Assembly (NCBI GenBank): GCA_963770565.1
Contig: CAVYQE010000011.1
Location: 416,001-480,000, forward strand
Direction of reading: 5' to 3'
DNA length: 64,000 nt
Source of the DNA: an uncultured Actinomycetota bacterium
Lineage (GTDB): Bacteria; Actinomycetota; Actinomycetes; JAFAQI01
In this document: piece after piece, positions 42,473 through 52,590 of the stretch
How positions within the stretch are numbered: position 1 is the first letter of the stretch
Layout: each line of letters opens with the position of its first letter
Position numbers and translations under genes: made by a program
Notes under the pieces: generated by a model
Databases searched by the model: none
The model's input: the letters and a program-made list of their open reading frames with translations, nothing else
Told to the model about the DNA's origin: nothing

Positions 42473-44353
42473 GTGCCCGGACGGATCCGCGACGAGGACA
42501 TTGCCGCGGTCCGCGAGCGGGTGCCGCTCGAGCAGGTGGTCGGCGACCATGTCGCGCTGCGAAGCGCTGGTGGCGGGCGGTTGAAGGGTCTCTGCCCGTT
42601 CCACGACGAGAAGACGCCGTCGTTCACGGTCAACCCGTCGCTCGGCTTCTACAAGTGCTTCGGCTGCGGCGCCTCGGGTGACGCGATCACGTTCGTCCGC
42701 GAGATCGAGCACCTCGACTTCTCCGACGCGATGGAGATGCTCGCCCGGCGGGCCGGCATCGAGCTGCGCCGCGAGGAGGGCGGGTCGGCACCCGGGCAGA
42801 ATGCCGGCCACCGACAGCGGCTGCTCGACGCCAACGCCGCCGCCGCCGCCTTCTTCGTCGAGCAGCTGCATCGCCCCGAGGCCGAGCTCGGCCGGCGCTT
42901 TCTCACCGAGCGCGGATTCGACGAGGCGGCCTGGGCGCACTTCGGCGTCGGCTACGCGCCGAACGGCTGGGACATCACCCTCAAAGGGCTGCGCGACAAG
43001 GGCTTCACCGACGCCGAGCTGGCGGCGGCCGGGCTGACCAGCCAGGGCCAGCGCGGTCCGATCGATCGCTTCCGCGGCCGGTTGGTCTGGCCGATCCGGG
43101 ACCGCAAGGGTGACGTCATCGGCTTCGGTGCCCGCCGGCTGCGCGACGACGACAACGGCCCGAAATACCTGAACACCCCGGAGACCGTGCTCTACAAGAA
43201 GAGCCAGGTGTTGTACGGCGTCGATCTCGCCAAGCACGACATCGCCAACAACCTCAAGGCGGTCGTCGTCGAGGGCTACACCGATGTCATGGCCTGTCAC
43301 CTGGCCGGGGAGCGGACCGCGGTCGCGACCTGCGGCACCGCCTTCGGTGAGGAGCATGTGCAGATCCTGCGCCGGATGCTGATGGACCAGGACGAGCTAC
43401 GCGGCCGGGTGATCTTCACCTTCGACGGCGACGAGGCCGGGCGCAACGCCGCGCTGAAGGCGTTCGCCGGTGAGCAGCGGTTCGTGACCCAGACCTTCGT
43501 CGCGGTCCAGCCGGACGGGCTCGACCCGTGCGAGCTGCGCCAGCAGCGCGGCGACCTGGCCGTTCGCGACCTGATCGCCAGCCACATCCCGCTCGCCGAG
43601 TTCGCGATCCGGGTCACCCTCGACCGGTTCGACCTGACCATCCCCGAGGGCCGGGTCGAAGCGCTGGCGGCGACCGCTCCGGTCGTCGCCCGACTGAAGG
43701 ACACCTCGCTTCGCGACGAGTACGCCCGGCGGCTGGCCGGCTGGCTGGGCATGGAGGTCGAGCCCGTGCTCGACCGGGTCCGGCACGGCTCCGGACGGGC
43801 GCCCGCGTCCCGCGACGACCGGCCCACCGGCCCGCGCGCCGGCAACCGGCCGAGTGGCGCCGAGCTGCGGCCGGATCCGCGCGACCCGCGCCTGGTGGTC
43901 GAGCGGGAGGTCGCGAAGCTGGTCGTTCAGCGGCCGGCGCTGGCCGGCCCGGCGTTCGATGCCCTTGGCGAGGAGTGCTTCACCTCGCCGGCGTACGCCG
44001 CGGTTCGCGCGGCGGTCGCCAAGGCGGGCGGAGCGGCCCGCGCGGTCGCCGGCAGCGACTGGGTCACGACCGTTCAGGAGTCGGCCGAGACCGACTCGGT
44101 CCGCGATCTCGTCACCGAGCTCGCGGTCGAGCCGATGCAGTCGGTCGAGGACGATGACCCGCGGTACGCCGAGGCGCTGTTGGTACGGCTCGAGGAGATG
44201 GCCCTGACCCGGCGGGTGCAGGAGCTCAAATCGCGCCTGCAGCGGCTCAACCCGGTCGAGCAGGCCGAGGACTACAACCGGATGTTCGGCGAGCTGATCG
44301 TGCTCGAACGGCAGAAGAAAGGCCTCCGCGACCGCGGCGCCGGCGAACTGTAG
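42473..44353 (+). CDS. dnaG: DNA primase
   Basis: CPFH.EKTPSF..CFGC, FR.R..PI, KYLNTPE, VEGY.DV, FDGD.AG. Confidence 0.97.
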   Translation: MPGRIRDEDIAAVRERVPLEQVVGDHVALRSAGGGRLKGLCPFHDEKTPSFTVNPSLGFYKCFGCGASGDAITFVREIEHLDFSDAMEMLARRAGIELRREEGGSAPGQNAGHRQRLLDANAAAAAFFVEQLHRPEAELGRRFLTERGFDEAAWAHFGVGYAPNGWDITLKGLRDKGFTDAELAAAGLTSQGQRGPIDRFRGRLVWPIRDRKGDVIGFGARRLRDDDNGPKYLNTPETVLYKKSQVLYGVDLAKHDIANNLKAVVVEGYTDVMACHLAGERTAVATCGTAFGEEHVQILRRMLMDQDELRGRVIFTFDGDEAGRNAALKAFAGEQRFVTQTFVAVQPDGLDPCELRQQRGDLAVRDLIASHIPLAEFAIRVTLDRFDLTIPEGRVEALAATAPVVARLKDTSLRDEYARRLAGWLGMEVEPVLDRVRHGSGRAPASRDDRPTGPRAGNRPSGAELRPDPRDPRLVVEREVAKLVVQRPALAGPAFDALGEECFTSPAYAAVRAAVAKAGGAARAVAGSDWVTTVQESAETDSVRDLVTELAVEPMQSVEDDDPRYAEALLVRLEEMALTRRVQELKSRLQRLNPVEQAEDYNRMFGELIVLERQKKGLRDRGAGEL

Positions 44354-44430
44354 AGGCAAGCGGTCAATTGGCGATTCGCCGAGGCTGAGCGAGACTGGCC
44401 GCGGGTCGTCACACTTTGGGGGCATTTCAG

Positions 44431-45897
44431 ATGATCAAGACCGGACTTCATCGCTCGATCGGCCTGGCGGCGGTCGGCGTCACGATCGCCGCGGGCGCAG
44501 CAGTCGGCTCGACCTCGGCGGCTGCCATGCCCGCGACCACGACGCAAGCTGCGCACCACGCGTCGGCCCGCGGCGACTTCGACGGCGATGGTAAGGCCGA
44601 CGTCGTCGCCGGTGCTCCGGGCGGCAATCGGGTCCGCGTCATCTACACCAGGGCCAAGACCGGCGGGACCCACTCGCACTTGCTCACCGAGCCGGGCGGC
44701 GCCAACGGTTCGTTCGGGTCCGCGCTCGCGGTCGGCGACTTCAACGGCGACGGCTTCGCCGACCTCGCGGTGGGTGCGCTCGGCTACACCAACAGCGACG
44801 GCGTCGAGCAAGGCGCGGTCTTCATCTTCACGGGGAGCAAGACCGGGCTGCACTACTCCGGGAAGCGCTTCCTCGGCCCGAACGACTTTGACAACGACAA
44901 CGAGCTCGGTGCTTCGCTCGCGACCGGCACGATCAACTCGGACCGGTTCGCCGACCTGGCAATCGGCAACCCGGGCCCAGCCGGCGGCGGCGACTCGGAG
45001 GGCTCGGTCCTGGTGTTGTTCGGCTCGTCCTCCGGGCTGTCCTTGTCCGGCTCGACCGATCTCACCTCCGACCAGCCGGTCGACGAGGGTGATTTCGGTA
45101 CGTCGGTCCTGCTCGTCGACGTCAACGGTGACGGGCACAAGGACCTCATCGTCGGTGAGCCGGGCGGTGGCCCGGCCGACCCGTCGCCCGGTGGCGACAT
45201 CCAGGTGTTCTACGCGACGGCGACCGGAATCGGCGCCAAGCACGCGACGATCGACGGCGCGACCGTGCATGCCGAAGGCGGTTTCGGCACGAACCTGACC
45301 GGCGGAGACATCAATGGCGACGGCTTCGCCGACGTGGTTGCCGGCGCGCCCTCGGCCATGGTCGACGGCAAAGCGATCGCGGGGAAGGTGGTGGTGCTGA
45401 CCGGAGCGAAACACGGGCTGGCCGCCACCCGGCGGCAGGTGTTCAGCGAGGCCTCACCCCACATTCCCGGCGCGCTCGTGTCGACCGACCGGTTCGGATT
45501 CTCGGTCGCGGTCGGCGATCTCACCGGTGACGGCAAGGCGGACGTCATCATTGGCGCGCCGGGCGCAGTCGCGGCCGGCGACCCGGCCGGTGGCGCGGTC
45601 TACCTGCTCCGCGGCGGCAAGTCCGGCGCGTTGGCGGTGGGCTCCCTGCGGATCACCCAGGCAATGACCGGCGTGCCCGGAGTACCGGTGTCTGGCGCGG
45701 AGTTCGGCACTGCGGTTGCGACCATCGGTACTGCCGCGGATGCCCATCGCAACCTGCTGGTCGGCGTTCCCGCGAAGCACAAAGGTGGCGAGCTGATCGA
45801 GCTCCGCGGCGGATCGGGTGGGGTCAGCGCTCGGCACGCCCGGCTGTTCGCCGACGCATCACCCGGTGACGGACTCGGCAGCGTGCTGGCGCTGTAG
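44431..45897 (+). CDS. Secreted FG-GAP/integrin-alpha repeat protein
   Basis: Signal peptide; repeated FG..GDxxGDGxxD..GAP motifs. Confidence 0.9.
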   Translation: MIKTGLHRSIGLAAVGVTIAAGAAVGSTSAAAMPATTTQAAHHASARGDFDGDGKADVVAGAPGGNRVRVIYTRAKTGGTHSHLLTEPGGANGSFGSALAVGDFNGDGFADLAVGALGYTNSDGVEQGAVFIFTGSKTGLHYSGKRFLGPNDFDNDNELGASLATGTINSDRFADLAIGNPGPAGGGDSEGSVLVLFGSSSGLSLSGSTDLTSDQPVDEGDFGTSVLLVDVNGDGHKDLIVGEPGGGPADPSPGGDIQVFYATATGIGAKHATIDGATVHAEGGFGTNLTGGDINGDGFADVVAGAPSAMVDGKAIAGKVVVLTGAKHGLAATRRQVFSEASPHIPGALVSTDRFGFSVAVGDLTGDGKADVIIGAPGAVAAGDPAGGAVYLLRGGKSGALAVGSLRITQAMTGVPGVPVSGAEFGTAVATIGTAADAHRNLLVGVPAKHKGGELIELRGGSGGVSARHARLFADASPGDGLGSVLAL

Positions 45898-45977
45898 TCG
45901 ACCGAGGCGGCAGACCCGATCGGGGGCTTTCGACCCTATGCGGTGGTTTTGAGACTGCCGATACCTCTACCGTGCCT

Positions 45978-48230
45978 ATGCGCTTCGCCATACCCGGAAA
46001 CGCCGACTCGTCGGCGTCGAAGGCACGGCTGAACACCGCGGCCGGCGTCGCGATCCTGCATGGCGATGCTCGTGAGCACTTTTGGCGGGTGTATCTGCGC
46101 GCCGGCCTCGGCCTGCTCGGTGCCGAGACGGTTGTCATCCTCGGCTACCTGCTCTCTACCCCGGACGGCACCCATCGGCAGGCGCTCCTGATCGTCACCG
46201 GCCTCATCCTGGCCGTCGTCACCTCGCTGATCCCGGTGGTGCCGCGAATCGCCGCCAAGAGGTGGCGGGTGCGATTCGGCCTGGCCATGACGCTGCTGGC
46301 CTGCCTCACGCTCACGCTGTGCTCGCTGTGGGACGGCGGGATCGACAGCCCTCTGCTCGACATGATCACGCTTCCGGTCATGTGGGCGGCCGTCGGCCTG
46401 ACCCCTCGCTCAGTCGCGGTCTGCAGCCTGGCCTCGCTCGCCGACATCGGCATCGTCGGGGCGAACGACTCAAGGGTCTCTGCGCCGGCTCAGCACGTGG
46501 GGATGTTGTTCGCGGTCGTGATCGGTGTGGGTGTCCTCGCCTATGTCACCTCGGTCAATCGAGCCAGGCTCGAGCGGAAGGAAGCGTCGCTCGCCGCTGA
46601 ACTAGCCTTGCTTGCCGATACCGACGGTCTGACCGGGTGCTTCAACCATCGGGTCTTCGAGCGCTCGCTTGCGGCCGAGATCGATCGAGCCCTTCGTCAT
46701 GGCACGCCGCTGAGCCTGCTGGTGGCGGATGTGGATCTGCTCAAATCGGTCAACGATTCCCGCGGCCACGCCGCTGGAGACCTCGCGTTGGCGACGATCG
46801 GCATGGTGCTGCGGGACAACACCCGCAGCTTCGACCAGGCGGCCCGGATCGGCGGCGATGAGTTCGCCGTAATTCTCCCCAACACCGAGTTGCTCGCGGC
46901 ATCGGTGATCGCCCAGCGGATCTCGGACGCGTTCGACGCGGCGACGGACGGTCAGGTGAGCTTGAGCATCGGCGTCGCGAGCCTTGACGTGATGGCACCG
47001 ACCGCGAAGCGACTTACCCGGGACGCGGACGTGGCGATGTACGCCGCGAAGGCGACCGGCCGGCACCACGTCGAGACGAGCAGTCACGTTCTTGGGGCCT
47101 ACAGCGATCGCGAGCAAGCCATGTTCGCCGAGCTCGCGGGGCCGGAGGATCGAGTTCGACTCGAGGAGCGGGTGCGTCGAGCGGACCAGGAGACCGCGCG
47201 GGCGACGACCCTACTCGACACGTTGTTGTCGTCGGCCCCGATCGGCCTCGGCTTCGTCGACCGCGACTGCCGGATCGTCCGCTTGAACGCAACGCTTGCC
47301 GCAATCAACGGATCGACGATCGAGGAGCAGATCGGCCGTTCGGTCGACGAAGTCATCCCGGAGATGTGGCCGAAGATCAAGGATGCATTCCGCCGGGTGC
47401 TCGACGACGGCGTCGAGCTGCTCAACATCGAGGTGGACGGCGAGAGCAGCGCTGATCCCAACAACGTGCAGCACTACTGGCTGGCCAGCTTTTACCCCGT
47501 GCGGCTCGGTACCGACATCATCGGTGTTGGAACCGTCGTCGTTGACATCACCGACCGCCGGCTCTGGGAGATCCGCCGCGCTGCGTTCACCCACAAGGCC
47601 GTCGCCGCGCTGGCGGCGACGATCGAAGCTCGTGACCCGTACACCGCCGGCCACCAGCGAGCAGTCGCCGATATCGCCGCGGCGATCGCGGCCGAGCTCG
47701 GGGTCGACGCCTTCGCGGTCGAGGGCATCCACCTGGCCGCCACCATTCACGACATCGGCAAGATCGCGATCCCGGCCGAGATCCTGAACCGGCCCGGCGA
47801 GCTCAGCAGGATCGAGATGGAGATGGTCCGGGCCCACTGCCAGATCGGTTTCGACATTCTCGCCGGCGTCGACTTCCCCTGGCCGGTACGCGAGATGGTC
47901 CTTCAGCATCACGAACGGCAAGACGGGTCGGGTTACCCCTTCGGCCTTCGCGGCGAACAGATCGAGCTCGGCGCGCGGATCATCGCGGTCGCTGACGTCG
48001 TCGACGCGATGTCCTCTCATCGCCCGTATCGAGCCGCGGTCGGTCTGTCTGCGGCGGTCGAGACCATCAAGGCGGGCCGCGGCACGTTGTTCGATCCGGA
48101 GGTCGTCGACGCCTGCGTGCGTTTGCTGCGCCGCAAGCCGGAGAGCCTGCGTTCGGTCTGGTCGGAGGGCGCAACCCTAGTAGCGCTGCCTCGGGACGGG
48201 CGCCGCGCCGGCACGGCTGTGTCGGGTTGA
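45978..48230 (+). CDS. Membrane-anchored GGDEF-PAS-HD-GYP c-di-GMP enzyme
   Basis: 5-6 TM; DGLTG..N, RSFD I-site, GGDEF; PAS; HDIGK, HHERQDGSGYP, RPYR. Confidence 0.92.
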   Translation: MRFAIPGNADSSASKARLNTAAGVAILHGDAREHFWRVYLRAGLGLLGAETVVILGYLLSTPDGTHRQALLIVTGLILAVVTSLIPVVPRIAAKRWRVRFGLAMTLLACLTLTLCSLWDGGIDSPLLDMITLPVMWAAVGLTPRSVAVCSLASLADIGIVGANDSRVSAPAQHVGMLFAVVIGVGVLAYVTSVNRARLERKEASLAAELALLADTDGLTGCFNHRVFERSLAAEIDRALRHGTPLSLLVADVDLLKSVNDSRGHAAGDLALATIGMVLRDNTRSFDQAARIGGDEFAVILPNTELLAASVIAQRISDAFDAATDGQVSLSIGVASLDVMAPTAKRLTRDADVAMYAAKATGRHHVETSSHVLGAYSDREQAMFAELAGPEDRVRLEERVRRADQETARATTLLDTLLSSAPIGLGFVDRDCRIVRLNATLAAINGSTIEEQIGRSVDEVIPEMWPKIKDAFRRVLDDGVELLNIEVDGESSADPNNVQHYWLASFYPVRLGTDIIGVGTVVVDITDRRLWEIRRAAFTHKAVAALAATIEARDPYTAGHQRAVADIAAAIAAELGVDAFAVEGIHLAATIHDIGKIAIPAEILNRPGELSRIEMEMVRAHCQIGFDILAGVDFPWPVREMVLQHHERQDGSGYPFGLRGEQIELGARIIAVADVVDAMSSHRPYRAAVGLSAAVETIKAGRGTLFDPEVVDACVRLLRRKPESLRSVWSEGATLVALPRDGRRAGTAVSG

Positions 48231-48307
48231 GCGTCCGGGTGCTTGTGTTTCCCCACCCTGAGCGTCAGGATGTCGCCGACACCTGACTCCTCTTGGGGGG
48301 AACCCGA

Positions 48308-48949
48308 ATGTCCCAGTCCAGCCCGATGCCTGACCTGAAGTCGCTGCCGCCGTTCGACCTTGCCGTCCTCGCGTCCGGGCTGCTGGCGTTCATCGTGTCA
48401 TTCTTCCCCTACTACGGCGTCTCGGTGTCGGGTGCGAATCTGCCCGGTGGCCTCAGCGTCGGCTCGTTCGGCGCGAGCAGCAGCGTGAGCGCGTGGCACA
48501 GCTACTCGACGCTGGCGCTCCTGCTGATCATTGCCGGCACAATCGTTGCGGCGGTGGCGATCTTTGCGCGGGGCTCGGCGCCCAGCCTTCCGATTGGCTT
48601 GAGATGGATCGCGGCCGGGCTGTGCTCACTGGGTGCGCTGCTCTACCTGATTCGGCTGTTCACCTTGCCGCATCACCACGTCCAGATCACCTCGTCGATC
48701 AGCGCGAGCGAGGGCGTGAAGTGGGGCGGCTACCTGCTGTTGATCATCGTGCTGGCCAACGCGGCGTCGGCGGTGATCAGCGCGCTGAGCAGCGACGAGG
48801 CGGTGCCGTGGCAGCAGATGGGGACCATGGGTGGCGGCGCGCCCGCAGCGCCCCCGATGGGCAGCCCGCCGCCGGCCGCACCCCCGATGCCCCCGCCGCC
48901 CCCGCCGGCCGAGCCCTCGCTCGGCGACGACCCGCTGGCCCCGGCCTGA
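48308..48949 (+). CDS. Hypothetical 4-TM membrane protein with Pro-rich tail
   Basis: Four hydrophobic segments; GGGGGG RBS-like run. Confidence 0.7.
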   Translation: MSQSSPMPDLKSLPPFDLAVLASGLLAFIVSFFPYYGVSVSGANLPGGLSVGSFGASSSVSAWHSYSTLALLLIIAGTIVAAVAIFARGSAPSLPIGLRWIAAGLCSLGALLYLIRLFTLPHHHVQITSSISASEGVKWGGYLLLIIVLANAASAVISALSSDEAVPWQQMGTMGGGAPAAPPMGSPPPAAPPMPPPPPPAEPSLGDDPLAPA

Positions 48950-48955
48950 GGTTGG

Positions 48956-49357
48956 TCAGGCCACGGACTCGCTAGGACCGGGCCCGGCCGGGTCGGGAGC
49001 TCCGCCGGCCGGACCGGCGGCGAGCGCCGCCATCCGTTCACGGACGTACTGCGTCGTACGCCGCTCCGCGTAGAACGAGACGAGCGGCACCGTGCCAACC
49101 ACAACGATCACCGCGAGCTGAACCGGATGCATCCGAACGCGACGCCCCAGGTCGAGCGTCAGCAGGATGTAGAGCGGATAGAAGATGACTCCGTGCGGGA
49201 AGCCGAGATACAGATCAACCTGGTTGTGCCCGGCGGCGCTTAGGGGGATCCCTACGCAGCACAGGATGAGGATCGACACCGCCACGACGATGGCAATGAT
49301 CCGGTAACGCAGAAGCGCGGACTCGACGCTCTTCACGTCGAGCAGTCGTGGTGCCAT
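48956..49357 (-). CDS. DUF3817 family membrane protein
   Basis: RYRI.A, HG..Y..Y, GTVP..SF..ER. Confidence 0.8.
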   Translation of the reverse strand: MAPRLLDVKSVESALLRYRIIAIVVAVSILILCCVGIPLSAAGHNQVDLYLGFPHGVIFYPLYILLTLDLGRRVRMHPVQLAVIVVVGTVPLVSFYAERRTTQYVRERMAALAAGPAGGAPDPAGPGPSESVA

Positions 49358-49360
49358 CCG

Positions 49361-49801
49361 CTAGCCGCTCCGTCGTCGTCCGGTGGTCACGGTCGCTGCT
49401 CGCGCGTTGAGCTGCGCGAGGTAGGCGTTGTAGGTGTTGACCTCGTCGTCGTCCGCATCCACCACGATCGCCGGGGTGCTGATGCCGACCCGCACCCCGT
49501 CGCGATGCTCGATCGCGGGCTCGGGCAGCGCGGGAGCGGCGAAGCGGGACAGCGGCCGCGGGGCGGCGCCGGTGTCGTCAGCCTGGCCCTCGACCTCGAT
49601 CTTGAGCGTCTTCCACCACAGCACCAGGCCGAAGGCCGCGAACAGCGGCCACTGGAAGGCGTAGGCGTAGTTCTGGAGGCCACCGCTGGGGGACTGGGCG
49701 CGGTGCCACTGCCAGAGCCCGAGCCGCAGGAAGACGAGCACCAAGATCACGACGAACAGGTGCAGACCCCACCACTTGGGCGACAGCAGGATCTTGCGCA
49801 C
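49361..49801 (-). CDS. Conserved actinobacterial membrane protein (SURF1-like N-terminus)
   Basis: LG.WQW.R, QN..YA.QWP.FA.F, YNAYLA.L; TACGCT -10 then leaderless GTG. Confidence 0.75.
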   Translation of the reverse strand: MRKILLSPKWWGLHLFVVILVLVFLRLGLWQWHRAQSPSGGLQNYAYAFQWPLFAAFGLVLWWKTLKIEVEGQADDTGAAPRPLSRFAAPALPEPAIEHRDGVRVGISTPAIVVDADDDEVNTYNAYLAQLNARAATVTTGRRRSG

Positions 49802-49908
49802 GGCCACCAGCGTAACCAGCCTTGGATCGAGCTGACTGGCACTCCGGCCTGATGGCGCCTGCCTGCGGTAACCTGCACATCGTTGGAGCCGGTCAGATGC
49901 CCGACCAA

Positions 49909-49984
49909 TCCCGCATAGCTCAATTGGCAGAGCGTTCGGCTGTTAACCGATAGGTTCCTGGTTCGAGTCCAGGTGCGGGAGCCA
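49909..49984 (+). tRNA. tRNA-Asn (GTT)
   Basis: TCCCGCA/TGCGGGA acceptor stem, CT-GTT-AA loop, GGTTCGAGTCC, encoded CCA. Confidence 0.97.
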
Positions 49985-50015
49985 AATCCGATCCGACCAA
50001 GTAGTTTCTGACCCT

Positions 50016-51212
50016 GTGTCAGATCCTGCCCGGCCGCTGCTCGACCTGCTCGATGGCGAGGCCTACGCCAGCGGCGCCTACGAGCGCTACGCGTGGTTCC
50101 GCGAGCATGAGCCGGTCGCGTGGGACGACGGCAACGAGCTGTGGGGCATCTTCCGGTACGCCGATGTCGCCGAGATCGAGACCCGCGACGACGTCTTCGT
50201 CAGCTCCGATCAGCACAAGGGCGGGTACCGGCCCAACATCCCGGCCGACCCCGCGATGATCGGTCTCGACAACCCGGCGCATGCCCGGCGACGCCGGCTG
50301 GTCAGCCGGCGGTTCACCCCCCGCGCGGTGGCGCAGCGCGAGTCGCAGGTCCGGGCGGTCGTGACCGAGCTGCTCGAAGCCGCGCTGGCCAAGGGTCGGG
50401 TCGAGATCGTCGGCGAGCTCGCCTCGGTCCTGCCGGCGCGGATGATCGGCTGGCTGCTCGGTTTCCCCGACGACGCCTGGCCGGCGCTGCGGGACTGGTC
50501 GGAGCGCACGATCGTGCTCGGTGGCGGCCCGCGGTACTTCAACGAGGACGGCTTCTCGGCGGCGACCGAGTTCGTCCAGGCGGCCCTGGCGTTGTACGCG
50601 GACAAGCAGGCCTGCCCGGCCGACGACGTGATGACGGTGTGGACGACTGCCGAGATCGAGGGCGCACCGTTGTCGCCGCGCGAGGTCGGCAGCGACTGCC
50701 TGTTGCTGCTCGACGGTGGCGCGGAGACGACCCGTACCGTGATCGCCCGCTCGATGCTCGCCCTGATCGAGCATCCCGAGCAGTGGGCGGCGCTCCGCGC
50801 CGGTGCCGACCTGGCGGTGGCGACCGAGGAGTTCATCCGCTACGTCTCGCCGCTGCACAACATGTGCCGCACCGCGGTCGCCGACTACCGGATCGGTGGC
50901 GTCACAATCCGGGCCGGCGAGCAGGTCGTGCTGCTGTACGGATCGGCCAATCGCGACCCGGCGCGGTTCGACGATCCGGAGCGCCTGGATGTCGGCCGGA
51001 CTCCGAATCCGCATCTGTCGTTCGGGCTCGGCACCCACTTCTGCCTCGGCGCCGGTCTGGCCCGGTTGGAGATTCGGGTGTTCTTCGAGGAGCTGCTCCG
51101 CCGGGTGCGCGAGATGCGGCTCGCACCCGGCCACGAGGTGGTCGAGGCGCCGAACGCGTTCGTCTACGGCCTGAAGTCCGCGACCGTCGACCTCATCGCC
51201 GACCCCTCGTGA
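50016..51212 (+). CDS. cytochrome P450
   Basis: GGAETT I-helix, EEFIR, SANRD, FGLGTHFCLG heme motif. Confidence 0.95.
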   Translation: MSDPARPLLDLLDGEAYASGAYERYAWFREHEPVAWDDGNELWGIFRYADVAEIETRDDVFVSSDQHKGGYRPNIPADPAMIGLDNPAHARRRRLVSRRFTPRAVAQRESQVRAVVTELLEAALAKGRVEIVGELASVLPARMIGWLLGFPDDAWPALRDWSERTIVLGGGPRYFNEDGFSAATEFVQAALALYADKQACPADDVMTVWTTAEIEGAPLSPREVGSDCLLLLDGGAETTRTVIARSMLALIEHPEQWAALRAGADLAVATEEFIRYVSPLHNMCRTAVADYRIGGVTIRAGEQVVLLYGSANRDPARFDDPERLDVGRTPNPHLSFGLGTHFCLGAGLARLEIRVFFEELLRRVREMRLAPGHEVVEAPNAFVYGLKSATVDLIADPS

Positions 51213-51264
51213 TCCGTGCCGGACCGGTGTCGTTCGACGGCCATTCGGCCGGCCCGCGTGGAAC

Positions 51265-51744
51265 TCAGCGCTGGTCGAGGTGGATCAGCACATACGCGCC
51301 GTCGTACGTCCATTGTGACAAGGGCTTGCTCCGGTCGCGAGGGTGGGCAAACAGATCCGCGACGAGGCGGCTGCCGGCAACGGGAACGACGAGATGGCAG
51401 GAGGGCGGCGCGCCGGGCATCGGCACCGGAGTGCACGACGTTTGCACGGATCCGGTAGTGACGTTGGCGAGTGCCTCCTTCACTGTCGCGACCTGCGCCG
51501 TTGGATCGCCTGGACCGAGGAAGCATCGTTCCAGCGTGCCGTTGGAGCAGACCTTATTCCGGCCGTCGGAGGTGTTGGTCGAGTACGGGGACGGAAGCGC
51601 AACGTGCGCCAGCGCCCGTTCCCCGGCCGCGTTCCAGGCAGCGTCAAGTCGCTGATGCCGAGCAGGAAGCCAAAGCCCAAGGACGGCTGCGATCGCTGCG
51701 GCGACGATGCCGCCGACCGCGAGCAGGGCAAACGACTTGCGCAC
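51265..51744 (-). CDS. Hypothetical membrane-anchored/secreted protein with 4 Cys
   Basis: N-terminal hydrophobic segment; fills the gap between P450 and tRNA. Confidence 0.55.
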   Translation of the reverse strand: MRKSFALLAVGGIVAAAIAAVLGLWLPARHQRLDAAWNAAGERALAHVALPSPYSTNTSDGRNKVCSNGTLERCFLGPGDPTAQVATVKEALANVTTGSVQTSCTPVPMPGAPPSCHLVVPVAGSRLVADLFAHPRDRSKPLSQWTYDGAYVLIHLDQR

Positions 51745-51889
51745 GAAGTCCTGATCGGCACAGCGCGTCCGCCCCTATAGCGGCGGTCATCTTCGCCCTC
51801 GCCACCGCTTCTCGTTCAACCCGCCGTAGAACTGGTCGTGAGCGCGAAGATTGAAGCGCGGACGGTGTCGCCTAGGCTCGGTCGGGTTC

Positions 51890-51963
51890 GGGGCGATAGC
51901 TCAGCTGGTTAGAGCAGGGGACTCATAATCCCTTGGCCGCAGGTTCGAGCCCTGCTCGCCCCA
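51890..51963 (+). tRNA. tRNA with CAT anticodon, probably tRNA-Ile2 (lysidine)
   Basis: GGGGCGA/TCGCCCC acceptor stem, CT-CAT-AA loop, GGTTCGAGCCC; G1-C72 pair (not initiator); TTGAAG..TAGGCT promoter. Confidence 0.92.
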
Positions 51964-51997
51964 CGCACAGCCCCACGCGCGGCGGTTGGCGAACCGG

Positions 51998-52504
51998 TCA
52001 TTTGTGGGTCATGTCCCAGAACATGTTGCACGAGGCGGTCGCGTATGGACCGAACTCGATGTGCGCCCGCTTCGGCGACCGGAAGTCGATTTCGAGACTG
52101 GTCTTGGTCGGCTGGGTCTTGGTCCCGATCTTGTACGACACGTTGACCTGGTAGACGCCGCCGACCTTGTGGCCGATGTGGTACTTCGTGCCCTTCAGCC
52201 CGCCGCGCCGGATCTTGAACGACCCGATGACCGTGTACTTGCCGGGCGTGCAGTAGAGGACGCCGTCGTTTGGTCGGAAGGTGACGTTGCTCACGCGCGT
52301 GCCGCCCTTCGACACGTGGAAGGTGCCGACCGCGTAGTACGTCGCGCAGTCCCCGCAGGTCCGCCAGGTGCCGGCGACTGGACGGTGATGGACTGCCTTC
52401 GTCGCCGGGTGAATCGCTGCGCTCGATACGGCGGGCGCCGCCATGGCCGCCGCGATCAGGCACGTCATGACAGCGACCAACCCACGAACCCCCCGGGATC
52501 TCAT
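51998..52504 (-). CDS. Hypothetical secreted beta-rich basic protein
   Basis: Signal peptide; CGDC plus two further Cys; GC3-rich codons. Confidence 0.65.
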   Translation of the reverse strand: MRSRGVRGLVAVMTCLIAAAMAAPAVSSAAIHPATKAVHHRPVAGTWRTCGDCATYYAVGTFHVSKGGTRVSNVTFRPNDGVLYCTPGKYTVIGSFKIRRGGLKGTKYHIGHKVGGVYQVNVSYKIGTKTQPTKTSLEIDFRSPKRAHIEFGPYATASCNMFWDMTHK

Positions 52505-52590
52505 TGGGACAACCTAACCCGGCCGGTTCCACTGGCGCGACCGAATCGGGTAATCCCAGCGGCCCGCTCGGCCCGGCGCACGCGACGTGG

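Noticed and set aside
48840-48910. GC-rich repeats as a DNA element
   Set aside because: Explained by the Pro/Ala-rich coding tail (PAAPPM twice)
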